From Caldisericaceae bacterium (GTDB taxonomy: Bacteria > Caldisericota > Caldisericia > Caldisericales > Caldisericaceae), in the NCBI GenBank assembly GCA_049967855.1, contig JBMFRX010000017.1:1-25314 (forward strand): DNA of 25,314 bases, given 5' to 3'. Positions 1-9,101 of the stretch are shown piece by piece. Numbering within the stretch: position 1 is the stretch's first letter; every line of letters starts with the position of its first letter. Both the position numbers and the translations under genes were made by a program. A model generated the notes under the pieces. It saw only the letters and a program-made list of their open reading frames with translations, did not search any database and was not told the origin of the DNA.

Positions 1-28
1 AAATACATTAGCCTATTCATCAAACTGC

Positions 29-56
29 TTGACAAACAGCATATTGGGTGTATAAT
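29..56 (+). promoter_or_regulatory. sigma70-type promoter of the regulator/radical SAM/flippase operon
   Basis: Exact TTGACA (29-34), 16-nt spacer, exact TATAAT (51-56), about 50 nt upstream of the first CDS; AGAGG SD at 101-105. Confidence 0.8.
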
Positions 57-108
57 ATAAGCAAGAGAAACCAAAAAACTAAGCGTTAGTACATATTGAA
101 AGAGGCTT

Positions 109-801
109 GTGATGATTATTAAGAAGATTACAAGAAGACAAATGGATTTTCTTGAAACAGTCGTAGCGCTGCATAATGAAACAAACTCACCCGTTTCTTA
201 CAAGGCCGTTGCAGCAACATTAGGACTCAGCAAGTGGACTGCCTACGACGTTCTGCAGACTCTCTTCAAAAAGGGCTTTCTTTCGGCTAAATACAGCCAT
301 TCAGGGGGTCCTGGGAGATCTACAATACTCTATGAACCAAATCAGGATGCAATTGAAAGTTTGAAAAACGCAAAACTTTCCACGCCTTCTTCCACAATAG
401 ACAAATGGTTTTTGCAAACACAAGAAAAGGTTTCAAAGCTCCCTGTCCATTCTGCTATACGCTTTGTACTCAAACGTATGAAGGACGAGCAAAATCCACT
501 AAATATCGTTTTATACACACTGATTTTAGCAATAATACTTGCAAAGGTTTTTGAATCAGAAATTAATGCAATGGTCAATATGAATGCAATTATAAACCTG
601 AATGCGTATGCTCCTGCTGTCCTTATGTTCTTTGTAGAGTCGGTTTTTGGTATTTTGCAAGAAAATAGAAACAGTGGAAAAATAAAATTGGAAGACGCCG
701 ACTTTACAAGGATATCAGATATATTAAATAAATTCAGGGAAAGTGTTTCGGAGTTGTCGCCTTTGTTCCAAGATAGGATTTTAAAACTTATTTTGCTTTA
801 A
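109..801 (+). CDS. Winged-helix transcriptional regulator (LexA/HrcA-like N-terminal wHTH, uncharacterised helical C-terminal domain)
   Basis: N-terminus TRRQMDFLETVVALHNETNSPVSYKAVAATLGLSKWTAYDVLQTLFKKGFL plus wing GGPGRSTILY has a wHTH pattern. Start is GTG 109 or ATG 112. Confidence 0.75.
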   Translation: MMIIKKITRRQMDFLETVVALHNETNSPVSYKAVAATLGLSKWTAYDVLQTLFKKGFLSAKYSHSGGPGRSTILYEPNQDAIESLKNAKLSTPSSTIDKWFLQTQEKVSKLPVHSAIRFVLKRMKDEQNPLNIVLYTLILAIILAKVFESEINAMVNMNAIINLNAYAPAVLMFFVESVFGILQENRNSGKIKLEDADFTRISDILNKFRESVSELSPLFQDRILKLILL

Positions 802-821
802 TATAGAGGAGATGACACAAA

Positions 822-2285
822 ATGAGTGCTGAGAAAAACATTAAAAGGGTTGCTCTGACAAAGACTGTTGAATGGGCAATTGGGTACCTTGAAAAAGACC
901 CTGAAAGAAACCTGAAAAAGGCCGTGGATGTGTTGAGTAACGCCTCGAAAACTTTCAATCTTCCCCCTGTGGTGAAAGAACAGCTCCAGGGAGTACAAAA
1001 TCTTGTTGATAACAAGAGACCTGGCGCGCAACTCATACTGAATCTTTTAAAAGATACAAATCCCGATGTTGCAAAGAAACTTGCCGTGAATTTTATTGTA
1101 AACGCCGCTTGGGGCGGTATTCCGATTCAGCGAGAAATCACAAAGAAAGGCGAATTTAATGTTCCCTGGTTTATGCTTGTAGACCCAACAGAAAGGTGTA
1201 ATTATAATTGCATAGGCTGTTGGGCAGGCTCATACACAAGAGTGCATGATCTCTCCTATGAGAGATTCGATAGACTGATGCAAGAGGCGAAAGAACTTGG
1301 CATTTACTTTATTGTGGTTTCAGGCGGAGAACCAACAATATATCCACACCTTTTTGATATATTCAAAAAGCATAATGATATGGCATTTATGTTCTATACA
1401 AACGGTTCGCTGATAGACGAAAAGTATGCAGAGCAACTTGCTGAAGTTGGCAATGCAGTGCCCTGCGTGAGTGTTGAAGGCTTCAAAGAGAAAACTGACT
1501 GGAGAAGAGGAATCGGTGCCTGGGACAAGGTAATGAAGGCAATGGACAATCTTAAGAAGGCTGGCGTTCCTTTTGGATACTCAGTTACTGAAACGAACAA
1601 AAATGTTGAAGAAGTTCTTTCAGATGAGTTCGTTGACTTTATGATTGCTAAGGGAGCAAAAATTGCCTGGTATTTCCAATATATACCGACGGGAAAGCAG
1701 CCCGACATAAAGCTTATGCTTACACCAGAACAGAGACTTCTTTCATATGATAGGATACACTACATCAGGGCAAACAAACCTCTATTTGCAGCTGACTTTT
1801 GGAACGATGGGCCTTACACAGGAGGCTGCCTTGCAGGAGCAAGAAGGTATTTACACATAACGGCAGACGGTGGGGTTGAACCCTGTGCTTTCATACACCT
1901 TGCCCAGGGCAATATAAATGAAATAAGCCTGAAGGAAGCGCTTCAACTTCCGTTCTTTAAGGAGATTCAGAAGCTCCAGCCATACTCAGATAATTTGTTA
2001 AAACCTTGCATGCTTGTAGATAATCCCGATGTATTTAGAAAGATTGGCTCTTTACCAGGAGTTCACTCAACAGACGGAACGCTCGAGAATATGTACAAGG
2101 AAGTTGGAAAACACCTCGACGAACTTTCCGAGAGTTGGGATAAGATTTCAAGGCCTGTTTTTGAAAAAGACTTTCCAGAGCTTGCAAAAAAGACAAAAGA
2201 ATACAAGAAGAAAAAAGAAGAAATCATTGCAAAGGCAGATGGGAACATAGAGCAATTTTACGTTTCAGACGAAATAGAAAAATAA
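822..2285 (+). CDS. Radical SAM protein with C-terminal SPASM/Twitch-like Cys cluster
   Basis: CxxxCxxC motif (CNYNCIGC), SGGEP, YTNG, C-terminal GGCLAG...VEPCAF...KPCM; SD GAGGAG upstream. Confidence 0.9.
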   Translation: MSAEKNIKRVALTKTVEWAIGYLEKDPERNLKKAVDVLSNASKTFNLPPVVKEQLQGVQNLVDNKRPGAQLILNLLKDTNPDVAKKLAVNFIVNAAWGGIPIQREITKKGEFNVPWFMLVDPTERCNYNCIGCWAGSYTRVHDLSYERFDRLMQEAKELGIYFIVVSGGEPTIYPHLFDIFKKHNDMAFMFYTNGSLIDEKYAEQLAEVGNAVPCVSVEGFKEKTDWRRGIGAWDKVMKAMDNLKKAGVPFGYSVTETNKNVEEVLSDEFVDFMIAKGAKIAWYFQYIPTGKQPDIKLMLTPEQRLLSYDRIHYIRANKPLFAADFWNDGPYTGGCLAGARRYLHITADGGVEPCAFIHLAQGNINEISLKEALQLPFFKEIQKLQPYSDNLLKPCMLVDNPDVFRKIGSLPGVHSTDGTLENMYKEVGKHLDELSESWDKISRPVFEKDFPELAKKTKEYKKKKEEIIAKADGNIEQFYVSDEIEK

Positions 2286-2289
2286 GGCT

Positions 2290-3294
2290 ATGGAGAGAAG
2301 GGGCACAACAAGTTTTGAGAGAACTCTAAGACAAGTGCTCCTTCTTTCTATCTTGACATTTGGAGTTCTTATCTATCTTATTTTCAAGAACATATCCATC
2401 AAGAGGCTCATCAAAAGCCTGCATCCAGTTTGGTTTCTACTGTTATTTGTAAATACAGGTGTTGTTATACTTTTGAATGGCTTAAAGTTCAAATCAATTG
2501 TAAAATCGCTGAAAAGCGACATCTCGTACACTGAAGCGCTGAAAATTGTACTCTCCTCTGTTTTCGCATCAAGCATAACTCCCTATTACTCTGGCGGTAT
2601 CGTAACCCAGGTGTATCTCCTGAGAAAAACCAAAACTGATTTTACATCGTCTACGCTTGTTTCAATCTCGTATACGATTCTTACAGTTATTGTTTCTCTC
2701 ATTTTTGCGATAGTATTTTTCATTCTGCCACACCCATTCCTGAAAGGTGTAAGGGGCACACTTTTGTTGAGCATTATCATTCTTGCATTTGCGCTTTCAA
2801 GCATTATGCTGTTTCTTATGGCACACCCTGAAAAAACAAAGCGGTTTGTAAAATTTGTAGTGAGAGTACTCAGGCTCAGAATCGACGAGACACAAATCGT
2901 TCTCGAGGTTGATGCATTTTCTGACGGGCTAAAGTTTATGTTGAAAAACCCTGTCAATCTTCTGAAACTTGTTTTGATAAGCTTTACAAGCCAACTTTTG
3001 TACGAAATGATCGGACTTACAAGCCTCAAGGCGATAGGCATCAGCTTCAACTTCTATGAAGCGTTTCTCACTCAAATTGCTTCAAACTTCATTGCAGCAG
3101 TAGGAGTTACGCCAGGAGGTATGGGAATTGTAGAAGGAAGCTATCTTTTGCTTTTCATTCCTATCGCGCACCATTTTGCACCACTTCAGACATTTCTCTT
3201 CAGAATGTTTTCATATTACATTCCGTCACTTGTTGGGGCTTTTGTCTTTTACAAAACACTTGGCAATCACGGCAAGGAGATTCTATACAAGTAA
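2290..3294 (+). CDS. Lysylphosphatidylglycerol synthase TM-region / UPF0104 flippase-like membrane protein
   Basis: Multiple hydrophobic helices; family-like motifs SITPYYSGG, TPGGMGIVEG, FRMFSYY; starts 4 nt after the radical SAM stop. Confidence 0.85.
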   Translation: MERRGTTSFERTLRQVLLLSILTFGVLIYLIFKNISIKRLIKSLHPVWFLLLFVNTGVVILLNGLKFKSIVKSLKSDISYTEALKIVLSSVFASSITPYYSGGIVTQVYLLRKTKTDFTSSTLVSISYTILTVIVSLIFAIVFFILPHPFLKGVRGTLLLSIIILAFALSSIMLFLMAHPEKTKRFVKFVVRVLRLRIDETQIVLEVDAFSDGLKFMLKNPVNLLKLVLISFTSQLLYEMIGLTSLKAIGISFNFYEAFLTQIASNFIAAVGVTPGGMGIVEGSYLLLFIPIAHHFAPLQTFLFRMFSYYIPSLVGAFVFYKTLGNHGKEILYK

Positions 3295-3488
3295 AAATTT
3301 CTGTAACCTATTCTTAACATTCCAACCATTGCCAAAAGGGAATTATTGGAAAACGCATCCTGATAATAGTTAGCTCTGCATAAGCTATTGTATAGGAGCG
3401 AGGCTTTATGGAAGCAAATTACTGATTTAAACAAGGACTTGTTATAATGCAGACAAACCATCTAAGGTCTCTTAAAAACCCCTATTTT

Positions 3489-3558
3489 GTAGCGCTGATT
3501 TATTTCAGCGTCTCCGAAAAACTGATTTTATTAGATGTTGAAACAAGTTCAGCACAAC
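3489..3558. repeat. Degenerate REP/RPE-like inverted doublet
   Basis: Left arm GTAGCGCTGATTTATTTCAGCGTCT (3489-3513) and right arm AGATGTTGAAACAAGTTCAGCACAAC (3533-3558) are inverted copies (19/26 aligned positions). Each arm has its own hairpin, e.g. CGCTGA-N6-TCAGCG. Confidence 0.6.
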
Positions 3559-3604
3559 GTCTTGGGTTATCTTACTACTTTTTCAGAAACCTCAATCCAA
3601 GTGC

Positions 3605-3632
3605 TTGACAACGAAAAACTGATGCATAAAAT
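3605..3632 (+). promoter_or_regulatory. sigma70-type promoter of the MFS-GH36-GH1 operon
   Basis: TTGACA (3605-3610), 16-nt spacer, TAAAAT (3627-3632); AAGGAGG SD before ATG 3685. Confidence 0.65.
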
Positions 3633-3684
3633 ATAGAAAGCAGCGAATTCATGGAGAGTTTATTTTGCAAAAGGAGGACAACAA

Positions 3685-5037
3685 ATGAGATTACTTGACA
3701 AAATGGGACTTGGAGAGATTTACAGTTTCAAAAGCAGGGTGCGTTTCCTTTTTTTGATTTTACTTCTGTCAGGGGTAATTTTGCTTGCTGACCAAAATGT
3801 AATGTCTCCCAATATTCAAGCGATAGAGAATGAATTCAAAATCGGAGATAAAGAGATAGGAATAATAGGCTCTGCATTTACTCTAATTGCTTCTGTCGTG
3901 ACGCTTCTTTGGGGATATCTCACGGATAAGTTCTCAAGAAAGGCACTTCTTATAACGGCAACACTTCTCGGCGAAATCCCATGCTTCCTCACTGGCTTGG
4001 CACAGAGCTACCACCAGATGCTTTTCTTAAGAGTCCTCACGGGTATTGGCATTGGAGGAACTGTTCCCGTTGCATTTTCCCTCCTTGGAGATTTCTTCAC
4101 AGAAAAGACAAGGCCAAGAGCACAAGCCTGGTATGATGCTATAACAACAGTTGGAGTTCTCCTTGGAATGATTATTGCAGGCTTTGTCGGACCTGTTCTT
4201 GGGTGGAGAATTCCATTTATGCTTGTGTCTGCCCCAAATTTCTTTTTTGTTCTCGGAATGTTCTTTAGCGAAGAACCTGCAAGAGGCGCAGGTGAACAGG
4301 AAATCAGAGACTTTATGATAGCAGGCGAGCAATACAAAAGCAGCTTAAAAATAAAAGATTATTTGCGTCTTTTGAAGGTACCAACAAATATATGGGTTTT
4401 CCTACAGGGGCTTCCTGGCACAGTAGCATGGGGAATTATCCCGTATTATTTAATCGTATTTTATCAAAGATACAAAAATTACCCAGTGCAACTTGGGACT
4501 GTATTACTAATTATATTGGGATTGGGAACAGTTCTTGGAAAGTTGCTTGGCGGGATTATAGGAAATAAAATTTACCTCAAGAAAAGAAGTCTCTTGCCGA
4601 TTGCCCTTGGTATACTACAACTTGTGGGAGTGATCCCTATACTGATCACCCTTTTATGGCCTTCTCCAAAGAATCCAACAATAAAAGATATTTTTGCACC
4701 TGGACTATTTGGGTTTTTAGGAGCCTTGCTTATATCGACTTCAGGTCCAAATGTTAGAGCAATCCTTATGAACGTCAATCTGCCAGAACACAGAGGCGCA
4801 ATATCATCAATTTTCAATCTCACAGATAATATCGGAATGGGCCTGGGACCTTTCATTGGAGGACTCATTTCATCAGTTAAGGGATTGGACTTTGCAATGA
4901 TAACTTCCGCCCTTTTCTGGATCCCATGTGGTTTGCTTCTCTTTATTGTTGCAACTTCAATCGAGAAAGACACTCTAAAAGTGCGCGGCAGAATGCAAGA
5001 TATGAGAAAGGAAATCGAACAAAATGAAAAAGTTTGA
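3685..5037 (+). CDS. MFS transporter (Spinster-like 12-TM carrier)
   Basis: About 12 hydrophobic segments; MFS motif A GYLTDKFSRK; RVLTGIGIGG; N-terminal ADQN motif. Confidence 0.9.
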   Translation: MRLLDKMGLGEIYSFKSRVRFLFLILLLSGVILLADQNVMSPNIQAIENEFKIGDKEIGIIGSAFTLIASVVTLLWGYLTDKFSRKALLITATLLGEIPCFLTGLAQSYHQMLFLRVLTGIGIGGTVPVAFSLLGDFFTEKTRPRAQAWYDAITTVGVLLGMIIAGFVGPVLGWRIPFMLVSAPNFFFVLGMFFSEEPARGAGEQEIRDFMIAGEQYKSSLKIKDYLRLLKVPTNIWVFLQGLPGTVAWGIIPYYLIVFYQRYKNYPVQLGTVLLIILGLGTVLGKLLGGIIGNKIYLKKRSLLPIALGILQLVGVIPILITLLWPSPKNPTIKDIFAPGLFGFLGALLISTSGPNVRAILMNVNLPEHRGAISSIFNLTDNIGMGLGPFIGGLISSVKGLDFAMITSALFWIPCGLLLFIVATSIEKDTLKVRGRMQDMRKEIEQNEKV

Positions 5038-6691
5038 TTATAAGCTTGTTAAGTTAGGAACACGCTTGCAGGACAGGTCAATAGATGCGGAGTCAGCTTC
5101 TATTGGAAGTGCGACTCTTCAGGTTCATTTCAATGAAGACCTTTCTTTAACACTTGAGGCAAAAGAGAGCATCTACATAGACGAGGTTTATTTCGACCTT
5201 GCATTTGAATCGTGCAATAAAATCGTTATGTTCAGGAATGGTTTTCAATCTTGGTCTCCTTCCTACCAGATTCAACCTCACACAAAGTTTGAAAGATGCC
5301 TTATGCCAGTACTAAGATATGATTACCTCGACCCTAAGAATTTTAGCGAGACAAGAAGCCACTTTTTCACGTATCTCAAGGACGGCGATGATTACCTACT
5401 CTTGGTTCCCGATGATAACTCGCTCAAAGTAAGCTTTGAAATGATAGACCAAAAGACTCTGAGGATTTACTTTGAAATTGGCAAGCAAATTGATGGGGAC
5501 TTCTCAACTCAGAAGATAGAAACAAAACACACCAAAAGTCTAACTTTTGACAAGAAAACTCACAAGAAAATTTATGGCTGGACTTCCTGGTATTATTATT
5601 ACAGAAATGTTAACCCTGAAGAACTCTTGAGAAACATTGAAAACATTGACAAACTACCATTTGCACTTGACTTTTTCCAAATCGATGATGGCTGGCAAAG
5701 AAGCGTTGGAGATTGGGTTGAAAATGAAAAGTTCAAAGGGCAACTTAAAATGATTGCAGAAACTTTAAACAAAAAGGGAGTCACTCCAGGAATATGGCTT
5801 GCGCCATTTGTTGCTGAAAGAAACTCCGATATTTTCAGGAAACATAAGGATTGGCTTATCAAAGATGAAAGTGACAATCCACAACCAATAGGATTTAATC
5901 CAACCTGGAGCGGTTACTTTTATGCACTTGACCCAATGAATAATTCGGTTTTGGATTACCTTGCCGATAAAATCACATTTCTTAGACAAATCGGCTTCAA
6001 AATGTTCAAATTTGATTTCCTTTACAGCCTTATGGTAACGCATAAAAACAAGAAAGAAGACATCACAAGGATTGAAAGATTTAACAGGGGAATGAACACT
6101 TTAAAGAGCGCTATTGGGAAGGGTTCAACCCTACTTGGATGCGGTGCGCCTGTAATCCTTGAGAAGGGGCTATACGATTACCTGAGAATAGGTCCTGATA
6201 CAAAAGATGGTTGGGAGGATACCCTCACACGAATGATAAGATTTCAAGGGAGAGTCTCTGCAAAGAATTCTTTGAGGAACACTATTACGCGTTCCTTCAT
6301 TAACGAGAAGTACTTTGTAAATGACCCTGACGTCGTTTTCCTAAAACCTAAAAAGCTTACAGAGGATGAAAAGAATACTATTTTGGTCACGAATTACTTT
6401 CTCTCAGACTTCATTTTCTTTTCAGACCCAATTTACCAGTTAGAAAAGAAAAATTTTGAACTGCTTTTGCAACTCAAAAATTACCAGAACTTCAAACTAC
6501 AGTCTATTGAAGAACTTAAAAAAGACGTGTTCAAATTCAGCGGTTCTGTTGATGATTCAACGATAAAGGGACTTGTCAATCTCACTGATGAAAAATACAT
6601 TCCGACGGAATTGAATCGAGAAATAATTTTAGGCAAAACTGGACAATCAGTATTACCACACGCTACTCAGGTCTATAAGACAAGAGAATAA
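5024..6691 (+). CDS. Alpha-galactosidase, glycoside hydrolase family 36
   Basis: GWTSWY, FQIDDGWQ, PGIWLAPF, KFDFL (nucleophile Asp), RIGPD (acid/base Asp), NDPD; overlaps the MFS stop. Confidence 0.88.
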   Translation: MKKFDYKLVKLGTRLQDRSIDAESASIGSATLQVHFNEDLSLTLEAKESIYIDEVYFDLAFESCNKIVMFRNGFQSWSPSYQIQPHTKFERCLMPVLRYDYLDPKNFSETRSHFFTYLKDGDDYLLLVPDDNSLKVSFEMIDQKTLRIYFEIGKQIDGDFSTQKIETKHTKSLTFDKKTHKKIYGWTSWYYYYRNVNPEELLRNIENIDKLPFALDFFQIDDGWQRSVGDWVENEKFKGQLKMIAETLNKKGVTPGIWLAPFVAERNSDIFRKHKDWLIKDESDNPQPIGFNPTWSGYFYALDPMNNSVLDYLADKITFLRQIGFKMFKFDFLYSLMVTHKNKKEDITRIERFNRGMNTLKSAIGKGSTLLGCGAPVILEKGLYDYLRIGPDTKDGWEDTLTRMIRFQGRVSAKNSLRNTITRSFINEKYFVNDPDVVFLKPKKLTEDEKNTILVTNYFLSDFIFFSDPIYQLEKKNFELLLQLKNYQNFKLQSIEELKKDVFKFSGSVDDSTIKGLVNLTDEKYIPTELNREIILGKTGQSVLPHATQVYKTRE

Positions 6692-6709
6692 TCAATAACA
6701 GGAGGAAAT

Positions 6710-7933
6710 ATGACAAAATTTTTATGGGGAGTTGCAAGCGCTGCGCATCAAGTTGAGGGCGGAAATATTTACAGCGACTGGCACGAGTGGGAAAAAGAGG
6801 GAAAAATTAAAACGGGCGATTCTGCAGTGGTTGCTTGCGACCATTACAACAGGTATAAAGAAGATTTTAAACTCATCAAGTTTCTCAACAACAACGCATA
6901 TAGATTTTCTGTGGAATGGTCTCGCATAGAGAAAAACGAAGGGGAATTTGATGAAAAAGAAATCGAGCATTATGTAGATATGCTCAAGGCGCTAAAAGAA
7001 ATGGAAATAGAGCCAATTCTTACTTTGCATCACTTTACAATTCCGCTTTGGCTTTATAGCAAAGGAGGACTTCTCAATGAAAATTTCCATAGCTACTTTG
7101 CTCGTTTTGTCAAGAAGGTTGTCCCGTATTTTGCCCCATACGTCAACTACTGGATTACAATAAATGAGCCTGTAGTTCTTGGAATGTTCGCCTACATAGT
7201 TGGGGAATGGCCACCAGGACACCACAGCATGAAAGAAGGGTTTTCCGCAATAAGGGAACTGCTTCTTTCGCATTTAGAGGCATACAAGATAATTAAGGAA
7301 GAGAAAACTTCATCACAAGTTTCAATTGCAAATAATATGACCATTTTTGAACCATTTAATAAGTTTAATCCACTTGACGTAACAGTAAACAACCAGATAA
7401 AATATATGTTTAATTACACATTGCTTGATTCAATCTTCGCTGGCAAAATGCTAAAGCCACTTGGCAAAGGTGAGCCAATACCGTTGCTTAAAGATTCTTT
7501 GGACTTCATCGGATTGAATTATTACTCACGCGTTTTTATAAAGTTTTCCCCGAAAAATATGTATGAGGCAGTCAATAAGGGTGAACTAAGTGACTTCAAC
7601 AACGAAATATACCCAGAAGGAATATACACACTTCTAACTGACCTCAAAAAGAGGTACGGAAAAAGCATTATGATAACAGAAAATGGCATCGCAGACCATC
7701 TCGACAAGTGGAGACCCAAGCTAATCCAGGATACTGTAGGATACCTACGCAAGGCCAAAAATAGCGGGGTTGATATCTTGGGTTACATGCACTGGTCTTT
7801 AATGGATAACTTCGAATGGGCTGAAGGTTATTCAATGAGATTTGGACTATACGAGGTCGATTTCAAAACCCTTGAAAGGAAGCCAAGGAAAAGCGCATTT
7901 GTATATAAGGATATCGCACAGAACGAATTATAA
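6710..7933 (+). CDS. Glycoside hydrolase family 1 beta-glucosidase/beta-galactosidase
   Basis: FLWGVASAAHQVEG, YRFSVEWSRI, TINEP (acid/base), ITENG (nucleophile), WSLMDNFEW; SD AGGAGG. Confidence 0.95.
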   Translation: MTKFLWGVASAAHQVEGGNIYSDWHEWEKEGKIKTGDSAVVACDHYNRYKEDFKLIKFLNNNAYRFSVEWSRIEKNEGEFDEKEIEHYVDMLKALKEMEIEPILTLHHFTIPLWLYSKGGLLNENFHSYFARFVKKVVPYFAPYVNYWITINEPVVLGMFAYIVGEWPPGHHSMKEGFSAIRELLLSHLEAYKIIKEEKTSSQVSIANNMTIFEPFNKFNPLDVTVNNQIKYMFNYTLLDSIFAGKMLKPLGKGEPIPLLKDSLDFIGLNYYSRVFIKFSPKNMYEAVNKGELSDFNNEIYPEGIYTLLTDLKKRYGKSIMITENGIADHLDKWRPKLIQDTVGYLRKAKNSGVDILGYMHWSLMDNFEWAEGYSMRFGLYEVDFKTLERKPRKSAFVYKDIAQNEL

Positions 7934-7949
7934 GTTAACAACGGTTTGC

Positions 7950-9101
7950 CTATAGTTTGCCAATGAAATTTGCGCCGTCTGAAATATTTGCGATATAGAA
8001 TTTGGCGTCCAGACCTGTCTTTTCTTTATAACTTCCTCCTACTGAACGTTCAAAATCGGTTACAACATCTTCTTTTACAATGGCAATAGCACAGCCTCCA
8101 AAGCCCGCACCAGTCATCCTTGCTCCAGCACATCCAGAATGTTTAAGGGCTTCTTCCACTATGGTATCAAGGTAAAACCCTGTCACCTCAAAATTATCTC
8201 TCAGGGAGACGTGCGATTCGACAAGCAATCGACCAAAACCCTCTATATCGCCTGCTTTGAGGGCAACAGCGGCTCTCTTAACCCTTTCGTTCTCGCTGAC
8301 CACATGGAGAGCTCTTCTCCTGAGTATTTCATCGTCTAAGGCTGATACATCATCAATGGAAGCTTTGCAAAGATTTGCAATAGCTTTCTTAGCACTAATC
8401 TTCTCAAAAGCAATCTCGCATTCTCTTCTTCTGTAGTTGTACTTTGAATCGCTCAATTCTCTTCGTTTGTTTGTGTCCATAATGACAAGACTGTACCCAT
8501 CTAGAAGAACTGGGATATATTCATACGCAAGCGTGAAGCTATCAAGCAGTATTGCGTTGTCCTTTTTCCCCATGCTCACAGCGAACTGGTCCATTATGCC
8601 GCAGTTCACTCCAATAAAATTGTTTTCAACCTCTTTACACATAATTGCAAGTTCTTCTCTATCTATTGCACTTTTCCCATAAAGCAACATAAAGGCTGTC
8701 AAAACTTCAATTGCGGCAGAAGAGGAAAGCCCTGCTCCCATCGGAAGATTGCTCACATACATTATGTCGGCACCGTTCAAGAGGCAGTCACTCTCGATAA
8801 GTTTCTTTATGACGCCTTTAGGATAGTTTGCCCAGCCATCGTTTCTATCGTATATAATATCTTGCCTCAAATCAATGATAACCTCATTTGGAGCATCTCT
8901 TGAAATAAGCCTTACAATAGAATCATTCCTTTCTCTTTTTACGCCATAAATACCCAAAGACACAGCGGCAGGCATCACTAAACCACCGTTATAATCTATA
9001 TGCTCCCCTATAAGGTTTAACCTGCCTGGTGCGAAAAAAACTTCGACAGGCCCACTGCCATACAATTTGCAAAAAGAGTCTTTCAGTTTATTCAAGTCCA
9101 T
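7950..9101 (-). CDS. galK: Galactokinase
   Basis: APGRLNLIGEHIDYNGG, PMGAGLSSSA, CGIMDQ and GARMTGAGFGG GHMP/GalK motifs. Confidence 0.97.
   Translation of the reverse strand: MDLNKLKDSFCKLYGSGPVEVFFAPGRLNLIGEHIDYNGGLVMPAAVSLGIYGVKRERNDSIVRLISRDAPNEVIIDLRQDIIYDRNDGWANYPKGVIKKLIESDCLLNGADIMYVSNLPMGAGLSSSAAIEVLTAFMLLYGKSAIDREELAIMCKEVENNFIGVNCGIMDQFAVSMGKKDNAILLDSFTLAYEYIPVLLDGYSLVIMDTNKRRELSDSKYNYRRRECEIAFEKISAKKAIANLCKASIDDVSALDDEILRRRALHVVSENERVKRAAVALKAGDIEGFGRLLVESHVSLRDNFEVTGFYLDTIVEEALKHSGCAGARMTGAGFGGCAIAIVKEDVVTDFERSVGGSYKEKTGLDAKFYIANISDGANFIGKL

Noticed and set aside
822..2285. RiPP (SPASM peptide maturase) interpretation of the radical SAM gene
   Set aside because: No precursor peptide, peptidase or exporter nearby, and only three C-terminal Cys rather than a full seven-Cys SPASM motif.
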